A stretch of 63,864 nucleotides of DNA, filler included, from Lenisia limosa (lineage: Eukaryota > Protista > Breviatea), in NCBI GenBank assembly GCA_001655205.1. It is 11 parts of 11 records of this genome, joined end to end, with 100 filler letters (N's around TTAATTAATTAA, not from the genome) between each part and the next. Parts side by side here need not be neighbours in the genome. Positions count along the whole stretch, not along the records: positions 62,626 to 63,864 come from LPNZ01002772.1; 10 more parts are not named here. One strand, written 5' to 3'. The notes beneath the pieces were generated by a model. That model worked only from the letters and a program-made list of their open reading frames with translations, was not told the origin of the DNA and searched no databases. The position numbers were made by a program, and so were the translations under genes. This document shows positions 63,474-63,864 of this stretch, in pieces (position 1 is the first letter of the stretch; the number at the start of each line of letters is the position of its first letter).

Positions 63474-63551
63474 CAGTGACTGGGAAAAGTCTTGACCTAT
63501 TTTCCTTGGGAAATCATATAGCAAATCGGTCAAGACTTATCCTGGTCACTG
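63474..63551. mobile_element. Tc1/mariner-type MITE family C
   Basis: TA|CAGTGACTGGGAAAAGTCTTGAC ... GTCAAGACTTATCCTGGTCACTG. Confidence 0.85.
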
Positions 63552-63803
63552 CATGCGTTGATTGGTATTAGGTTTGAAAAAAACAAATGCATGAATTGAA
63601 TCAAAGACCAAGGGAAAGATTTAAATTATTGAGCGCTGTGCAATTATTTGAAAAACTAATTGCAAGATTTGAGGTGGGCCATATTGTAATGGAAATTCAA
63701 TTTCAGACCCTCTACTTTCAGCGTAGGAGTGGGGAGAATTTCGGGGTAACAAATATATACATATGGATACATTTATGGCTTCCCTATGATCCGAAAAAGA
63801 CCT

Positions 63804-63864
63804 GACTGGGCTTTGTTTTTGTTGTTATCAACCCTTGTGTGTTGTCAGTCAACAGAGTTGTTTT
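63804..63864 (+). mobile_element. Family I intronic repeat running off the window end
   Basis: GACTGGGCTTTG..TTATCAACCCTTGTGTGTTGTCAGTCAACAGAGTTG. Confidence 0.75.

Noticed and set aside
1-63864. Assigning the source organism to a specific protist lineage
   Set aside because: Gene content and intron style show a microbial eukaryote with the standard code, but there is no rRNA or other diagnostic marker here; phylogeny of FARSB or NPL4 would be needed.

Overview
Draft genomic DNA of an intron-rich microbial eukaryote (standard code, GT-AG introns, short exons). It is not a continuous locus: ten 100-bp artificial spacers (44 N + TTAATTAATTAA + 44 N) join 11 separate contigs/scaffolds, and many internal N gaps sit at G/C homopolymers. 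Genes recognisable by manual splicing: a MEK/Ste7-type MAP2K, a PDI/TMX-like membrane protein (3' part), dephospho-CoA kinase, a ~15-kb minus-strand gene with a signal peptide, a long Ig-like ectodomain and a STRA6/RBP-receptor-like membrane domain, NPL4, a mitochondrion-targeted split-type glycine decarboxylase P2 subunit (gcvPB), cytosolic Phe-tRNA synthetase beta (3' part), a YeeE/YedE sulfur-transport fragment, GGTase-I beta, and several hypothetical genes. Introns are heavily colonised by small repeats: more than 20 hAT MITE copies (8-bp TSDs), 8 Tc1/mariner MITEs, two related DNA-transposon-like elements carrying RG-tailed ORFs, and a DIRS/Ngaro RNaseH-tyrosine recombinase remnant. Top candidates for something new: (1) a family of TIR-like intronic elements whose C-run-CAG end is the 3' splice site of the host intron, with its mirror image giving G-run donor ends; (2) the Ig-ectodomain STRA6-like receptor. 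All exon models are manual readings; no database searches were run.
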